Under the pieces are notes generated by a model. The model did not search any database, was not told where the DNA came from, and worked only from the letters and a program-made list of their open reading frames with translations. Positions 1 through 11,269 of a stretch of DNA of 64,000 nt are shown one piece after another. How positions within the stretch are numbered: the first letter of the stretch is position 1; each line of letters starts with the position of its first letter. The stretch spans positions 17,112,001-17,176,000 of the forward strand of contig JBHGNT010000004.1 in assembly GCA_043228905.1 (NCBI GenBank), in the 5' to 3' direction. Source of the DNA: Azolla caroliniana. Lineage: Eukaryota > Plantae > Polypodiophyta. A program made the translations under genes and the position numbers.

Positions 1-626
1 TTCGATAAAAGATTGCATTGTAATAGTGGTTCGGATTTAGTTGGACTTCTATGTTTTGTACCATCTACTCGTTGGTTCTTGGCAAGGGTCATCAACACTA
101 TCTTGAGCGAACCATCTCTTGAATGTATTTTTCATATTTTAAACCATGAAATTGCATATAGGATGAAAATCAAAGGGTTGTTGTAACATGAACTATAAAT
201 GATGGAAGTCTTGGCTATTAGCCATTATGGTAGTTCCTTGTGATTCATATTTTGATCATGAGCATTTTTATAATCCCAAGTAGAGAGCTTATGGAAGTGA
301 GTAGAAGATGGAGCTCAAACTGAAGTCAACACATGAGGCTTATTGATCATCATTGGGAGACATTCTTTGATTCTAATGTATGTTCACATTGTAAATTGAG
401 GTTCTTTATGTTCTTGGTGTTTAGTTGGATCAGCGTGCATATGTCACCTTCTTTAGTTAAACCATTTGACAAAACTCCCCACTACTAGCAATAAGAGAAG
501 CACCCTTATTCTTGTTTGCTCATGAGTATCTTCATGTATTCGAGTAGAGAGCATTTAGAAGTGCCTAGGAGATGGAGCCAAAAGCAAAAAAATCATGTGA
601 AACATATGGGAGAGATACCTCAACTC

Positions 627-1025
627 TAACTTATGCTACATATCGGTTCTCTATCCATGGTCTTTGGATGAGTTGGTGTGCATGCAAGTCTTCTTAATCG
701 GTTAGTTGTTTGCATCCCCTATTCTCCATTATAAGATCATTAGTCCAACACCAAAATTATAACTTATGCTACATATCAGTTCTCTATCCATGGTCTTTGG
801 ATGAGTTGGTGTGCATGCAAGTCTTCTTAATCGGTTAGTTGTTTGCATCCCCTATTCTCCATTATAAGATCATTAGTCGAGCACCAAAATTATAACTTAT
901 GCTACATATCAGTTCTCTATCCATGGTCTTTGGATGAGTTGGTGTGCATGCAAGTCTTCTTAATCGGTTAGCTGTTTGCATCCCCTATCCTACATTATAA
1001 GATCATTAGTCAAGCACCAAAATGA
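627..1025. repeat. Tandem repeat, 3 near-identical copies of a 133-bp unit
   Basis: Unit TAACTTATGCTACATATC...CACCAAAAT starts at 627, 760 and 893 (period 133), with few mismatches. Confidence 0.92.
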
Positions 1026-1189
1026 TAAGTAGAAACAAAGAATGAGGAGCTCATGTTTGCCAAAAATTTCACAATTGATTTTAATCAATTTGACTATAGA
1101 TTTGCATGCATCCCTTTGCACAACATGACTTTCACTCAACTGGGTATTCCATCTTCTCTTGCTCGATGATTCTCACAGATTTGCATAAT

Positions 1190-1470
1190 TAGATTTGTAT
1201 TTTCCATGATCCTAACATGTAGGGATGATCTTTTTAAAGGTTCTACATACAAATATATTAAATACTACATGAGGCATTTCAGCTCCATATACCAGAGGCT
1301 ACAACAGGAGGTTCTACAAATAATACTATCATATTCACATATTTAGATTTGTATTTTCCATGATCCTAACATATTGGCATGATCCTTTGAAAGGTTCTAC
1401 ATACGAATCTATTGAATACTACATGAGTAAATTCTGTTCCATGTACCAGAGGCACAGATAATATTATCAT
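1190..1470. repeat. Diverged direct duplication, period ~154 bp
   Basis: TAGATTTGTATTTTCCATGATCCTAACAT occurs at 1190 and 1344, each followed by similar AAAGGTTCTACATAC...AATACTACATGAG...TACCAGAGGC blocks. Confidence 0.75.
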
Positions 1471-2124
1471 GTTGTAAATTTCTCTGCTATACATTCCATG
1501 TAGGTTAAATATGTGGGAGCACAACAAAACTCCACAAAATATCAAGTAATTAGAGTAATCTCTTTCACAAAGATATATACTAGTTGTTCATACATACAAA
1601 GCTTCTCCAGGAAATTCAGCCCAGAACATGTCTTCCAGAAATCCTTCCACTAGTTGGTATTAAGTACAGTAAATGAAAAATCACAACAATACCCACATCA
1701 ATCAATTTCTCAATTGTACAACACAGGTTACGCATTGTCAGGAAGTAGGTTCATATTGCTATAGTAGAATGATGCCTATTGGAAAAATATGGAAGAATCT
1801 GAAAGAAGGATTTGATAAACTGGTGTAGTAACTAAAATTTCACACCAAGTTCAGGTGTGCTTTGTATGGGTAACCAAACTGCTCTAATATTTTCAGTCCC
1901 ATCAAATCCAACAAGGTATCAAAATACTAGTACCTAATACAGCGTACATTCTAATGAGGTGTAAAATCCCTTTGAATAATATTTTTAGAGACATGTACAA
2001 ATACAAAGAACACTGAGTATATATTTTTTTCACCCGGTTTGGCTTTACATTGTCAAATAGCTTCCAAAGAAAATAGATATTCTCATTAAAACATGATCGC
2101 TTTCTTGGCTTTATGGGACTATGC

Positions 2125-2184
2125 TTAGATTGGCTTTATCTTGAAATGTAAGCCAATCAGAGAAAACACAAAGCACTTCAGATC
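2125..2184 (-). CDS. MAGO: Mago nashi exon 3 of 3
   Basis: AG acceptor at 2186-2185. Encodes [19 protein letters not shown] followed by TAA, the canonical Mago C-terminus. Confidence 0.96.
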   Translation of the reverse strand, partial: DLKCFVFSLIGLHFKIKPI

Positions 2185-2613
2185 CTGCATACGAAAATAT
2201 CCATGAAAAATGGTATAAGAAAATGAAATCTTAGTAAATAAATAATGTATCTACATGTACATTCATTTGTGTGCACATCTAAGATGTATGTATTATGCAT
2301 ACATCCATCCAAATACGTATTCATATATATACAAAAATGTACGTGGAAAACATTATAAAAATCTACGTACATATATATGCATGCATGCATGGGTGTGTGT
2401 ACACATGGAAGTCTATATATGTACTTAAATACTATATGTATGTATGCATGTGTGCCCACGGGGGTCTATATATGTAACATACTATATGTATGCTTATATC
2501 TATGTGTGTATATACATTTATGTACATATACACATGTTGCATGTTTATGTGAGTGTAAGTATGTATACACAGACAGATTGTATTCATCTTAAAATACAAG
2601 ACAAACTATTTAC

Positions 2614-2790
2614 CTGCACAAGATAATAGAAAATACGAAGACCTTCAGGATCTTTGCTGCTCTGCACGTCAAGAAGAGATCCAATCTTCGATGTTGTGAA
2701 GGAGATGTGCTCATTGCCCATCACAATTTCAAGCTCCTGGCAACCAACCTTGTCTGGTTCTGGCCAGTTGTTATCATCTTCCTTCATAAT
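2614..2790 (-). CDS. MAGO: Mago nashi exon 2 of 3
   Basis: AG acceptor at 2792-2791. Encodes [61 protein letters not shown] donor at 2613-2612. Confidence 0.97.
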
Positions 2791-4391
2791 CTGGATCCAT
2801 ACACAAACCAGTAACCATCATATATGGAGCAGTAACAATTTTTATACACAGATTTCTATAAATTAGAAATGGTTGGGTTTAATTTTGCATCATTAAATCT
2901 TAAAACTGCTTAAGGACGCCTTGAAAATGTATGTTGATATAGCCACGTTACACACATTTACATTTATTTATTTACACCACTAACACATCATCAATATTAT
3001 TACAGCATTATTTTCAATGAGACATCATATTGTTAACAGTATGCTCTGTAACAAGAGTCTTGGAAGTAGCACTAAGTTTATTGTGAAATGCCTCTCCTGG
3101 TGGCTAACAGATGAAAAAGGCGAACAACCATATGAAAGTTCTAGTGCAATATTAAAATGTTTAGTCCCAAAATCTTGGAATAAAGATATCATTGCTTAAT
3201 ATCATCTTTATCCTGAGATTGTTTTATTTCGCAATCTCAAACAAAGGCATTTCTTTCAAAGTTTCTTTCTAATCAACCCTAATCTTGTTTGGATCCATCA
3301 GATATCAATGAGTCCCACGTATCCACATTTGAGCAAGTCAGCAGAAACATCTTTATATCTCAGGATATTAGTCAAAACCTGGATTTATTTTATTTTATGA
3401 GGAAACAGGTTGATGTGCTGTTTTTACCTAGATTTAGTGAAATACAGATTGTAAGGGTTTTCTAATACAAGACATCCATCCTTTCAATGATGTGTATTTG
3501 ACTAGCAATTAGAATTACCAATCCAATAATGTTTAATCTTCTCAATGTCACAAACAGGAGAAGTTCAATGGAGTGGCAAGAGTAAATCTCTCTACGACTG
3601 GTGGCCTCAGGAAAATATTACAAGTGATAGATTTAGTGCCTAGGATGAACTATTCAGGTTTAAAATAACACCATAATATATACAGTGATAACCACCAAAA
3701 AATCTGAACCTGTGTTTATCATATCAAAAGTTAAAATGGACAATTTTACTTTTGCGAAAAAAAATCAACACCAGGGAATGAATGAGACAATTAACATTTC
3801 AAGCGCCCATCATCAATCCATCACTTGAGCTATATATAGTCCACAGGATTGATTTAGAATACATCAACCATGTTCAGCCCACATTTTCTTCTATTACAAT
3901 ACATCAAATGTCCATGCATCTGTCATGTTTCTCTTTCAAAAGTCTGTTAGAAGGATATGGGTATTGATTGCAATGAAGCTCGTTGAAGAGAAAGCATTGA
4001 GGTGAGGCGTGAAGTTAATATGATGATCAACAATATGAATAGGACAAAGAAGAAGCAAAAGAAACACAAATACGACACCTTTTGAGAAAATGGAGGAGTA
4101 CAATACATGTTAACAAATATAATAAAGTCAAAACCAAGACCTTATCTGCATAAAGTCAAAACGATATTTTCTCTAAATCCAGGACAAAAAACCAAGTTCT
4201 TCTCTCAATAGAGAGAAAACAAGTCCGTTACTAGAGCTAATTAATATCCTACACTAAGTGAAAGACAACATACGACCTTCTCTGCAGCCAGAAAGAAAAG
4301 AAGAAAATATGAAAGGTAGACGAAGAAAAACAGAAAACCAACATCGAAGAAAGACAGGAAGAGAAGGAAAAGGACTGGAAGGAAGACGTAC

Positions 4392-4607
4392 CTCGCTATC
4401 AGAGATAATTCTTCTGCATTCACGCAACGCAGACTGAGTAAGGAAGACTTCTTTGCGAATCATGGTATCGTTCTTGTAGTTAGAATTGTTGGCGTAGCGA
4501 AGCTTCCCATCAGGCCGAAACTCGAATTCAAGAAACTCGTGGCCAAACTTTCCTCTGTGGCCAACGTAGTATCGAACGTAGAACTCACCGAGCTCGTCGT
4601 CTGCCAT
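4392..4607 (-). CDS. MAGO: Mago nashi (EJC core protein), exon 1 of 3; gene span 2125-4607, 150 aa
   Basis: ATG at 4607 gives [54 protein letters not shown]...SDSE, the diagnostic Mago N-terminus. GT donor at 4391-4390, phase 0. Confidence 0.97.
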
Positions 4608-4946
4608 GGCTGTCGCTCTGCGTCTTTCCAACTTCTGCTTCTGCTTCTGCTTCTGCTTCCGTCGTCGATACGATGCCTGATTTTAGGGTTTCCTCCAAGA
4701 AGTGAAGGATGAGGTCCAAAGTTTGCAGGATTTATAAACATGTCCCCATCTCACCTCTTTTTTCTTGTTTTATTGTAATTAGTTGTTACACTACAAAGCA
4801 ATACGCCTTAGGGTTCAAAATCTAGTTTTTCTCACCTCTCTATTATATATGTATTTATGTACTTCATCATATCTCTTCTTAATTGACAAGATGCCATTGT
4901 GGAATGTAGGGCTTGCTCTCCTTTGGCAACCTAACCAATTAAGCTA

Positions 4947-4948
<2 letters not shown>

Positions 4949-4996
<48 letters not shown>
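4949..4996. repeat. (TC)24 microsatellite
   Basis: Perfect dinucleotide run. Confidence 0.95.
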
Positions 4997-4998
<2 letters not shown>

Positions 4999-5474
4999 CT
5001 AGGTGGGTGTTGCGTGCTAGTCTCTCTAAGCTCGTTTTCTTTCATTTTTTCTGTTTTCATGGGCTTGCTTGGTGGAGTGTGTTCCTTTGCGGCATGCCCG
5101 CTTTCCCCTACTTGTGTGCGTGCTCTTTTGTGTTCGTTCTCTCTTCGGTGTGTTCTGTGCCACGAGCTCTTCCCACTCACTCAATGTCTCTGTGGTATGG
5201 GTGCCATGTGTTGTATGTTTTGGCGTGCTCTCTTTGTGGAGTGTGCGTGTCGCATGGTACGTGCGGTTGAGTTAGGCGTGCTCCCTTGCATTCAGCTTAC
5301 ATCTTGTTTTGACGTTGTTGTGTGTTGTGTCGATGCATAAATAACCGACGAAATGCTTGTGAGCTCACCGAAGTGAATGGGACATCCACACAAGCTTGGC
5401 TAAGTCTTTCCTCCTTTTTCTTTTTTTCCTTATTTTATATATTACACCAAAATGGTTCCAAACGAATTAAATAA

Positions 5475-6482
5475 CACAAGGAGATACATGATGAGGTCGT
5501 AAGTAAAGAAGTTTTTTTAGATGTTGTTGTGGCGTGGCATGCCCAGAAGCGTAGTGTTGTCGTGGATATCCGTGTGGATGTGTCGAAATGGGGCGGGACA
5601 CCGGGGTCTCCGACTAAGGAAGCGCCGCCCCACCCCAACTCCCAAGAAATAGCGACGCAGATAAACGTGGACACGATCATGAATGCAACTATTTGCAAAA
5701 AGTCGGGCCTGACCGCCACAAGGGAATGACACTACGAGATCCCTCCCATCGAGGTCCATGAACGATAGTTTGGGGAATACTCACTCTCGATCAAAGCGTA
5801 CAGGACAAGGGATGCCCCCGATCCTTTCTTCCACGAACTCGCCAAGTTCCTATTAGAAGTGGGTTGCGTGCACCCCAATGCTTACGGGATGCCCAAACAG
5901 AAGGCCGACATCATCATATCGATCTTCAAGGGGCACACTGTTGATTGGGGTGTCATCACAGGACCAACCCTACGCAAAGGACTCCACGCTTTCCAGGCCG
6001 GTAAGAAGCTCCCCCCAATCATCCAACAATATTTCACAATATTGTTCCCCCCACTAGCCCTACCAGCTCCGGGCTTGGCTCGTCCATCGCCAGCTCCGCG
6101 TCAGCAGAAGCGGCGTCTCAAAGACTTCACAACCATGGAATGGGAGGAGGAATGAAGCAACCACGCTCTAGAGTCCGTTGTCACACAGAACGAGCAACAG
6201 TCCGCCCCCATCACGAACCAGGAAACAGATGAACGGTCGAGCAGTCCCCAACCCAAACCACGTTGGCTGGATCGAAAGGACGGTCAGGGTTTGGCAAAAG
6301 ACGCGGCCCCACAACCTGCCACCAAAGTATCGGTGGAGATGGAGCCCACACAAGTGTTCGAAGAAATTCCACGGTCTCAATCAACCCTGACTGGGAATAC
6401 AGAGAGAGGCAAAGGCATTCTTACACCGAACAATGTCGTGATGGCCTTCTCGGAGATGCGAGTTGTAGCCCTAGCTGTTTAG
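5475..6482 (+). pseudogene. Antisense accessory ORF of the gypsy derivative (unknown function)
   Basis: ORFs 5529, 5859 and 6291 share one frame, interrupted by stops at ~5727, ~5766 and 6153. Contains an ordered-looking domain FGEY..AYRTRD..FHELAKFLLE..GHTVDWGVI..LFP and a disordered tail. Confidence 0.5.
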
Positions 6483-6657
6483 TCCGGTCGAGTTCTATGG
6501 CCTTAACCTGGGCGGGGTATTTGACCGATGTGCGCAGTTGTCGGGTGTCTCGTGTAGTTGTGGTATGGTCGCGGGTGGGAAGTCGGTTTCGTTTCGGGAC
6601 CCAGAAGCTAGTGACGCCTTTGTGCCAACCTTGGGCGTTTGTGAGTGCTTTTCTGAC

Positions 6658-7443
6658 TCACCAAATAGCACGTTCTTTGCGGCATGGTCCTTCAACGAAA
6701 ATCGTGTGGATGTTCACCCATTCGCGTGGCGCGGGAGTCCTTGTTCTGATGTTAGCGTTGCTCTGGTCGCGGATGGTCGGTGGTTGTGCGTGTTCTTTTT
6801 GGTTGGGCGGTTTCGTGCTTCGGAGTTCGTCGAGATCAGTGGGACGTGATTTGAATGTTGTTGCAACGAGTTTCTCAAACCTCACCCCATTTGCCATTTG
6901 GAAGGAGATGACGTTCTTGCTTGGCGACAGGAGGCATTTGCTTATGTGACACCAATCCAAACCGAGGAGGCACTGGGTGTACATCACTTCCGGTGGGAGT
7001 ACCCGAACTCGGATTGAGTGGCCGCTGAATTTCGTCTTGATGTTACACAGGAAGGTTTCGAGGCAGCATGATGTGGAACCATCGAAGCCACAGAAGTTAT
7101 CGTTGCATACTTCGAGGTCTGGGCAACCGAGACGTCCCCATGTCTCAAAGGAGAAAAGGGTTAGTGATGCTCCAGTGTCGATTACCACTGTTGTTAAAGG
7201 TACGTCGTCGGCGAAGCATGGTAGTTGCATTGTCCCGTCATTAGAGTCGACCGCCTTAGCCATGGCTGCCAGGTGGGTGTCCCCTTGTCGTTTCAATTTC
7301 GCTTGCGCATTGCTCAGGTCAGTTTCTAGTCGGGCCATTCGGCCTTCGGATGCCTTAAGTTTGGCTTCCACTTCTTGTTGCCGAGTTGTGAGTAGGGCTT
7401 CGAGGGTGAGGGGTCCGTAGTAACGTTTGAGCTTGACTCCCAT
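6658..7443 (-). pseudogene. Coiled-coil plus second retropepsin-type aspartic protease, continuous with the integrase tail
   Basis: KLKRYYG-(helical QQEVEAKLKASEGRMARLETDL)-TVVIDTGASLTLFS...GFDGS...QCLLGLDW. Confidence 0.8.
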
Positions 7444-7610
7444 TGATGAATCCTAGGATGTCGAGTCCTGTCCTTCAAGCGTGCGTATTCGACATGTTCC
7501 CGTCTTGGTAATCTCTGAGACCACATAGGGGCCTTCGCCACGTAATTCGAGCTTCTTTTTGTGTCGTTGAGGGGCGAATTTGAGAGCCATGTCCCCTTCA
7601 GCAAGGTCTT
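7425..7610 (-). pseudogene. Integrase C-terminal GPY/F (SH3-like) module, frameshifted
   Basis: Manual minus-strand translation: DLAEGDMALKF..RHKKKLELRGEGPYVVSEITKTGTCRIRTLEG / LGFINGS / KLKRYY. Confidence 0.75.
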
Positions 7611-7635
7611 TATCTCATATGTCTACTGGTTTCCG

Positions 7636-8505
7636 CTAGGGTACAAGAGTGGTGACATAAAAACACGAGATCGTGTCTCCATCCTCATCACGACACTTTG
7701 TACCAATGGGGTACATTGCATCGGTCGTGGCGAGAGCGTGCACCCAATTCATCTCTGACACATCGGACACTACGGATTGGTCTTCTTGCGCATTCCCTGC
7801 CCTAGGATTAGTGGATTTTTTGGGAAACGGTTGACCCCTAGCCAAGATTTGAACTGTCTTTGTGGGGTGACATGCTAGGAGGTTGGTCTCGAACACGGTG
7901 TTTTCTGACAAGTCGTCCACGAGAGGGCTACCTTCTTGTGCGTGGACTTTTTGTATGTATGCTTTGATGCGAAAGGTTTTGTTGTTTCTACACATATAGA
8001 TTGTATCGTTCCCGAAATCCATCACAAGGCAGCTTACATGTAGGAATGGTCTCCCTAGTAAACACTCATAAGCCACATGATTGGATGATCTTGTGACGAC
8101 GAAGGTGAGATTGAACTCGACCCCGTGGATAGTGAAGTGGTGCATAGGGATCATGCCTTTTGGCCGTTGGATGGACCCATCAGCCATTCGGAGTTTGATG
8201 TCCGAAGGAAGCATTTTTGGGCTACCCCACTTACACCAACATTCGTAGCTGACTATACTTACCCCTGCTCCGGTGTCAATGATCGCGTCACACGTCGTGC
8301 CGTTGACGCAGATGGAGAGAGTGAAACTAGTATTGTCGCTCTCGAAGTGAGCTTCACATATATCCACCGATGTTCCTTCAGGTTGTTTGGGGACTGTGGT
8401 CGTATGAGGAATGTGGGTGCGTATCTTTTCTCCATAACATGTTGATAGGCCTCCATTGAGGCGGCAAAGGACGTTGTGCCATGGTTGGATGTTGACTTTG
8501 AGCAA
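7636..8505 (-). pseudogene. Retropepsin-type aspartic protease 1
   Basis: VNGTTCDAIIDTGAGVSIVS ... LRMADGS ... YECLLGRPFL. Confidence 0.85.
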
Positions 8506-8550
8506 TTCTTCAAGTGTGAACTCTATTTCCTTGGTGAGTATAGGTCGTAG

Positions 8551-9699
8551 TTAGGGGTCGTCCTGCACGAAAGTGCCTGTATAGCTCTGTACTTCCCGTA
8601 ATGTGAGTCGTAATTTTAAATTTAATATTTGCTGGAGCAGGGCTGAGTTGACCTCTTTGATTGGGGTAGATTGGGAGATGGGGGTGTTGGTTGGTGTTAC
8701 GACGAGGGGGGTTGTATCCGTGTGTTGGGGTGGAGGATTTACCCATTCTTCAAGTTGGTCGAAGTTTAGGCTCGGGAGACTAAGCGATCTTTCGCATTGT
8801 TCGTGTCGGATGAGTTTGATGTACTCTTCGACCTTTTGTTTTTCAACCACTAGGTTTGGGTATGTTGCTAGGTGTGCCGACAACTCTTGGTTAGGGTTGA
8901 CGGGTATTGTTTCTACGTCTCCCTCCGGTTCTTGTTCTTGCTTTGAGGCCTAGGTGGATGCATTTTTTTTGGATTTTCGTCTCTTACGCGTAGTCGTGGG
9001 GATGTGTTGGTGGTGACACTTTAAGTTATGAGCTGCTCTTTGAGCTCGTGTGATGACGTTGGTGCCAACTGTTGATGGTACGATAGATAACAGATTTGTG
9101 CCAATCCTTTTCTTTTTTTCTGGGCAATCGGGTACTAAGTGATCTTTACCATACCTTGGGCATGATGCTTCTCTTTGGAACCACTCGATAAGGTCCTGTG
9201 ACTGTTGGGTGAGACTTTGCACCGGTGGTTGTGGGGGTGTTTCGAGTGAGGGGTGTCGTGGTTGTTGTGCCATCCGGTTGTAGTATTCTTGTTTGGTTGG
9301 GCGCTCGCTAACCATGTGTGGGCCTTGGCAATTAAAACATTTAAATTCTGACCTCCTTAGATCACTATTGTTGCGATATCCCATCGACTGCCCCTGTTGT
9401 TCTCCTCTCAAGATGTAGACTAGTATTTGGTCGCCTTCGAAGTCGACAAAGTGGCAAAACACCTCTTCGACAAAGTGGCAAAACTCCCGGTATGCTTCAT
9501 ATTTGGGGGTGCCCCCCCCCCCAACCTGAGTTTGGTTTTTGGTGGTATATTCTAGTTCGGTGAGGCAAGTGTCGATACGCGGTAGTGGGGGTTGTTGGGG
9601 AAGTATTGCTGGTAGTTGTGGGCATGGGTGCTCTATCATTGGTGTTTGGCTATACCTTCCGTTTGGGGCTTGCCAACAGTTCTCTTGAGAATGCATCAC
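8551..9699 (-). pseudogene. gag C-terminal region (degenerate zinc knuckles, Pro/Gln-rich) of the gypsy derivative
   Basis: ORFs 8950-9699 and 8551-8883 carry KCFNCQGPHMVSERP, CPRYGKDHLVPDCP and the VITRAQ motif typical of gypsy gag/protease linkers. Confidence 0.65.
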
Positions 9700-9739
9700 G
9701 AAAGCTTTGCACCACTTGCAGTATTGCGGCCATCGTTCT

Positions 9740-10527
9740 TATATACGAAGTACAATATACACACCCCTATGCTAGGCTATTTATTTTTAAAGGTATTCTA
9801 AAGAATATGCTTCATGATATAAAAATGAAGCTAAATATTGTATGGTGTAAAATTGAGCGACTTGAACCACCTTGTATACCAAGAACAAGATATACGCCAC
9901 TAAGCTAGGTTATTTGTTTTAAAAAATATATTTCCATCATTTTACTTATCCTATATCAATTTTCATACATGAGAGCTCAAATGAGCATGATGGCTATCAT
10001 GCATCACATGTAATGCATGTACGCCAAATGGCGATCATGCATCACATGAAAGTCATGCATTGCATGCATGTCATCCTCCCACACATTACCATATGCATGA
10101 CAATACTTATATAAAGAGGGGCAAGGAAAACAAGAGAGAAATCAAGAGAAAGTTAGAGAAAAAATATAATCAAATAAATAAGTTAGCTCATTTGGGAAGG
10201 GCCTCGTGTTTCGAAGTTGGAGTCAAGGGTTCAAATGTATAGTTCAGCGAAAGAGAAGTTGCATCTTGTGATCGACATTATAATTTTGGTAAAATATTAT
10301 GTTGTTAATATAAGCTTGTTCTTATAATACATTTTTACTTCTTAAATCATACATTGTCTCTTATCTCTTATCTATGCTCATATGTCTCTCGCACATTACT
10401 TCTAACTCTTATTCTTTCTATCCTTAATCTTTCTAACATTGTTGCACAAGCCTTATAAAATATATAACCAACTCCTTTTAACCTTAGTCCCTGTGACTTC
10501 GCGGCACGAACCACAACTACCCCGACA
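9740..10527 (+). mobile_element. Possible LTR-like segment; left boundary unresolved
   Basis: TATA-like TATATAAAGAGGGG near 10108. Ends TTAGTCCCTGTG...ACTACCCCGACA, resembling Athila-type LTR 3' ends, and abuts the truncated copia LTR. Confidence 0.3.
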
Positions 10528-10773
10528 ACGGGTTGACGCAAGTACTGACAAGTACTTGAATGCTCATAAATGAGCACCTGACAATATCTGAACATAATGT
10601 TCCTAATACTATGCTCGGCGCTAACGACTATGTCGGCCAATTGGCCTCTTCAACTGACTGGCATTCGGCTTCTCCAGCTGATCCTCCTCAGCCAACTCGG
10701 CTATCGTCTTCTTCAACTGATCCAACCTGTTGGATTTTGCCGATCCAACTCATGTTGAGCTTGCCCCTCAACA
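10528..10773 (-). mobile_element. Partial copia LTR (same family as the LTRs at 17154, 17908, 29408-29676 and 62360)
   Basis: Minus strand begins TGTTGAGGGGCAAGCTCAAC at 10773 and shares the CAAGTACTGACAAGTACTTGAATGCTCAT block. Confidence 0.7.
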
Positions 10774-11269
10774 ATGATGAAGGTAATTGCATGTCATAGT
10801 ATATGCACGCAAAATTGGTGTGCATGCAAAATGCATGTGTGACAAGTGGTGTTCATGCAAAAGTCCTTCACAAGAATAAAAGAAGGATATAGAGTTTTGA
10901 GTGTAGTATAATTCTATGGGCAAGAGCTCTTTCTCCCTATATTGTATACATATATTTTCATTCTTATATTATAATAGATTGAATCTTCCTTCTATATCTA
11001 CATCATTTTTTTATGTGTATGTTCCTATCTCTATACATGTATGTTAATCCTTAATGAATTGACAAATGGACGAAGCATCAGAACATCCAATCAAACTCAG
11101 ACAGGTAACCTTTTCCGGCCCCATTACTTCTCCATGCAATTGTTCAACTAAACATACTTGACGAGCTCATGGCAAGGAGCTAATCCCGCACTTCAAATCG
11201 TACCAAAAGTAGTTCATACCAACGCCAATATAGAAGGCGTCATTATTGATGATTTGATGAGTCCAATCT

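Larger units (their letters stand above)
5450..9720 (-). mobile_element. Internally deleted, degenerate Ty3/gypsy LTR-retrotransposon derivative (gag - protease - integrase C-terminal tail - second protease; antisense ORF); termini not resolved
   Basis: Zn-knuckle-like CFNCQGPH, retropepsin IIDTGAG...LLGRPF, GPY/F integrase tail and a second retropepsin VIDTGAS...LLGLDW. No RT, RNase H or integrase core is visible. Confidence 0.75.

Noticed and set aside
2178-2626. His/Tyr/Cys-rich short ORFs
   Set aside because: Artefacts of the TA/CA low-complexity tract inside MAGO intron 2.
4254-4391. C-terminal tail of the 125-aa MAGO-containing ORF
   Set aside because: Read-through into intron 1 past the GT donor at 4391.
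4783-5340. 185-aa Cys/Leu-rich ORF resembling a membrane protein
   Set aside because: Non-ATG start, built from a (TC)n microsatellite and GT-rich low-complexity sequence, with no recognisable motif.
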